Part shown: positions 54,332 through 55,558 of the stretch, piece after piece
Position numbering within the stretch: the first letter of the stretch is position 1
Layout: every line of letters starts with the position of its first letter
IMG/VR virus record: IMGVR_UViG_3300048821_000030
Span: 1 to 55,558 of that record
Source: a virus
Lineage: Duplodnaviria > Caudoviricetes
Strand: one strand, 5' to 3'
Length of the DNA stretch: 55,558 bases
Translations under genes and position numbers: made by a program
The notes under the pieces: model-generated
What the model saw: only the letters and a program-made list of their open reading frames with translations
Database searches by the model: none
What the model was told of the DNA's origin: nothing

Positions 54332-54937
54332 TCAGAGCCAGTTGTTCTCAACCACATGCTTGATTACGCGCTCTGCCCACAACTTTGCGGTCTCCCCCTG
54401 GTCGCGGGCCTTCTCGACTACGGCACCGTAAAGACTTCCCAAGTTGATTAGTACGGCCCCCGGATTGCGCCCCTCGTAAATCGCAACGTCCTTCTTCGCT
54501 TCATCTGCAATCAACTTGGCGGTTTCAAGTTCCATCGAGAGGTTGTAGACCAACCCAAACAACTCAGATGCGCTTTCAGGCCGCTTTCCCAATAGTTCCT
54601 TCATCCGTTGGAGATCCGCTTCGGGAACGATCACTACCTCCCCCTCAGCCAGCATTTGAATCAATCCAGAGACCGTTGCGTTTCCCCTGTCTCCAAACTT
54701 AGCTTCAAACTTTGTCTTCGCGGTCGGCGGTACAACCACTTCCATCTTGACGTGGTTCGGCTGGACCATCACTGGCGGCTTAGACTCTTCGTACTTCACT
54801 TGCGGGTTCAATCCAAGGAACGCTGCGGTGTCGTTCCATGAATGGCTACTGTTGGCCGAGCACACTAGCTTGCGATGTTCGGCGTTGACCTGTGCTCCGC
54901 ATTGCGGGCAGGCATAACGGGTTTTTACGATTGGCAC
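54332..54937 (-). CDS. Zinc-ribbon hypothetical protein
   Basis: CPQCG...C....H; GAGGAGG SD before GTG 54937. Confidence 0.55.
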   Translation of the reverse strand: MPIVKTRYACPQCGAQVNAEHRKLVCSANSSHSWNDTAAFLGLNPQVKYEESKPPVMVQPNHVKMEVVVPPTAKTKFEAKFGDRGNATVSGLIQMLAEGEVVIVPEADLQRMKELLGKRPESASELFGLVYNLSMELETAKLIADEAKKDVAIYEGRNPGAVLINLGSLYGAVVEKARDQGETAKLWAERVIKHVVENNWL

Positions 54938-54968
54938 TTTCTTTCCCTCCTCATTCCAAATTTTAGAA

Positions 54969-55403
54969 TTAGTGTTTCGTCGTTTTGTGATAAGGGCAGC
55001 GGCAATGAAATCCCAATCGACAACTGCAATCTGGTTCGGCGTAGAGATCGAGGATTCTCTCCTGTTCCGCAACCTTGCCTTTCACTTTGTCAGACCAATC
55101 TTTATCCACACATCTTTCAAGATCGGATACCGTGATGTTCCGGTAGTAGTAGTTTCCATCCCGCATACGGATTCCACCCTTGACGCAGATGCACCACTGA
55201 GCGGAGCAGCCTAAATCGTTAGGGTTCTCCCTAAAGCCAGTAAATTCCTTCCAAGTCACTTCGCCGGGGCCATTGCCTTGGAAGTAGTTCTTCCAATCGG
55301 TTTGCTTGCAGGTTCTCCAAAATCCACGTAGCCGGTAGAGCATTAAACCGAACCAGCCAACCTCAACTTCTTCGCCGTCATGATAAATCACAGATGCTTC
55401 CAT
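54969..55403 (-). CDS. Hypothetical Cys-rich protein
   Basis: 144 aa, GAGGAGG SD. Confidence 0.55.
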   Translation of the reverse strand: MEASVIYHDGEEVEVGWFGLMLYRLRGFWRTCKQTDWKNYFQGNGPGEVTWKEFTGFRENPNDLGCSAQWCICVKGGIRMRDGNYYYRNITVSDLERCVDKDWSDKVKGKVAEQERILDLYAEPDCSCRLGFHCRCPYHKTTKH

Positions 55404-55412
55404 ATTTCCTCC

Positions 55413-55558
55413 TCACTGGTATTTCCAAGCCTCCGCATCGCTCATCACTTCTTCGCTGGCGTGACGCGAATCGTAATCCGCTGCGGTTTGTGAGTCGATA
55501 AACTCGGCCGGAACTCCTTCGTCAAACATCTGCTGCTGTGTGCCAGGGCGATCATGAA
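55413..55558 (-). CDS. C-terminus of upstream gene (possibly terminase large subunit)
   Basis: Open frame HDRPGTQQQMFDEG...AWKYQ*; identity inferred from position only. Confidence 0.35.
   Translation of the reverse strand, partial: HDRPGTQQQMFDEGVPAEFIDSQTAADYDSRHASEEVMSDAEAWKYQ

Larger units (their letters stand above)
652..54967. repeat. Dispersed palindrome family TCCAAA(N)TTTGGA, about 22 copies
   Basis: Exact A/T-centre copies start at 652, 3364, 6154, 11498, 12256, 14397, 17312, 22898, 28819, 32335, 37342, 37809, 40640, 45207; C-centre at 14250, 26639; one mismatch at 8816, 9226, 28476, 53007, 54955; two mismatches at 30975. Confidence 0.95.

Overview
This window is a 55.6-kb segment of a tailed dsDNA phage or prophage with podovirus-like architecture, coded almost entirely on the minus strand. 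Read right to left, the structural genes are: a probable terminase C-terminus, portal, scaffold, major capsid, decoration, adaptor and nozzle proteins, a GNAT-like protein, and three ejection-type proteins, the last a 3527-aa polyvalent protein (ParB-like, HExxH peptidase, Strawberry-notch-like SF2 helicase). A recombination/replication block follows (DnaQ-like exonuclease, SSAP, PD-(D/E)XK nuclease, RusA, initiator, loader, DnaB, HNH). Accessory genes include an RNA-repair unit (Pnk, Rnl1, tRNA-Met), a second RNA ligase-like gene, an acyl carrier protein, radical-SAM-type proteins, a J-domain protein and an HNH-AP2 endonuclease. The most striking unexplained signal is a 13-19-bp palindrome, TCCAAA(N)TTTGGA, seen about 22 times by eye, mostly at gene junctions but also inside coding regions. 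Two copies end a 32-33-bp inverted repeat that brackets one gene. Other signals are a second dispersed 9-mer (ATGTAGGCA) at promoters, many leaderless TANNNT-N6-ATG genes, and several candidate structured ncRNAs. No integrase, lysin or CRISPR array was recognised. All family calls come from motif recognition by eye, not from database searches.
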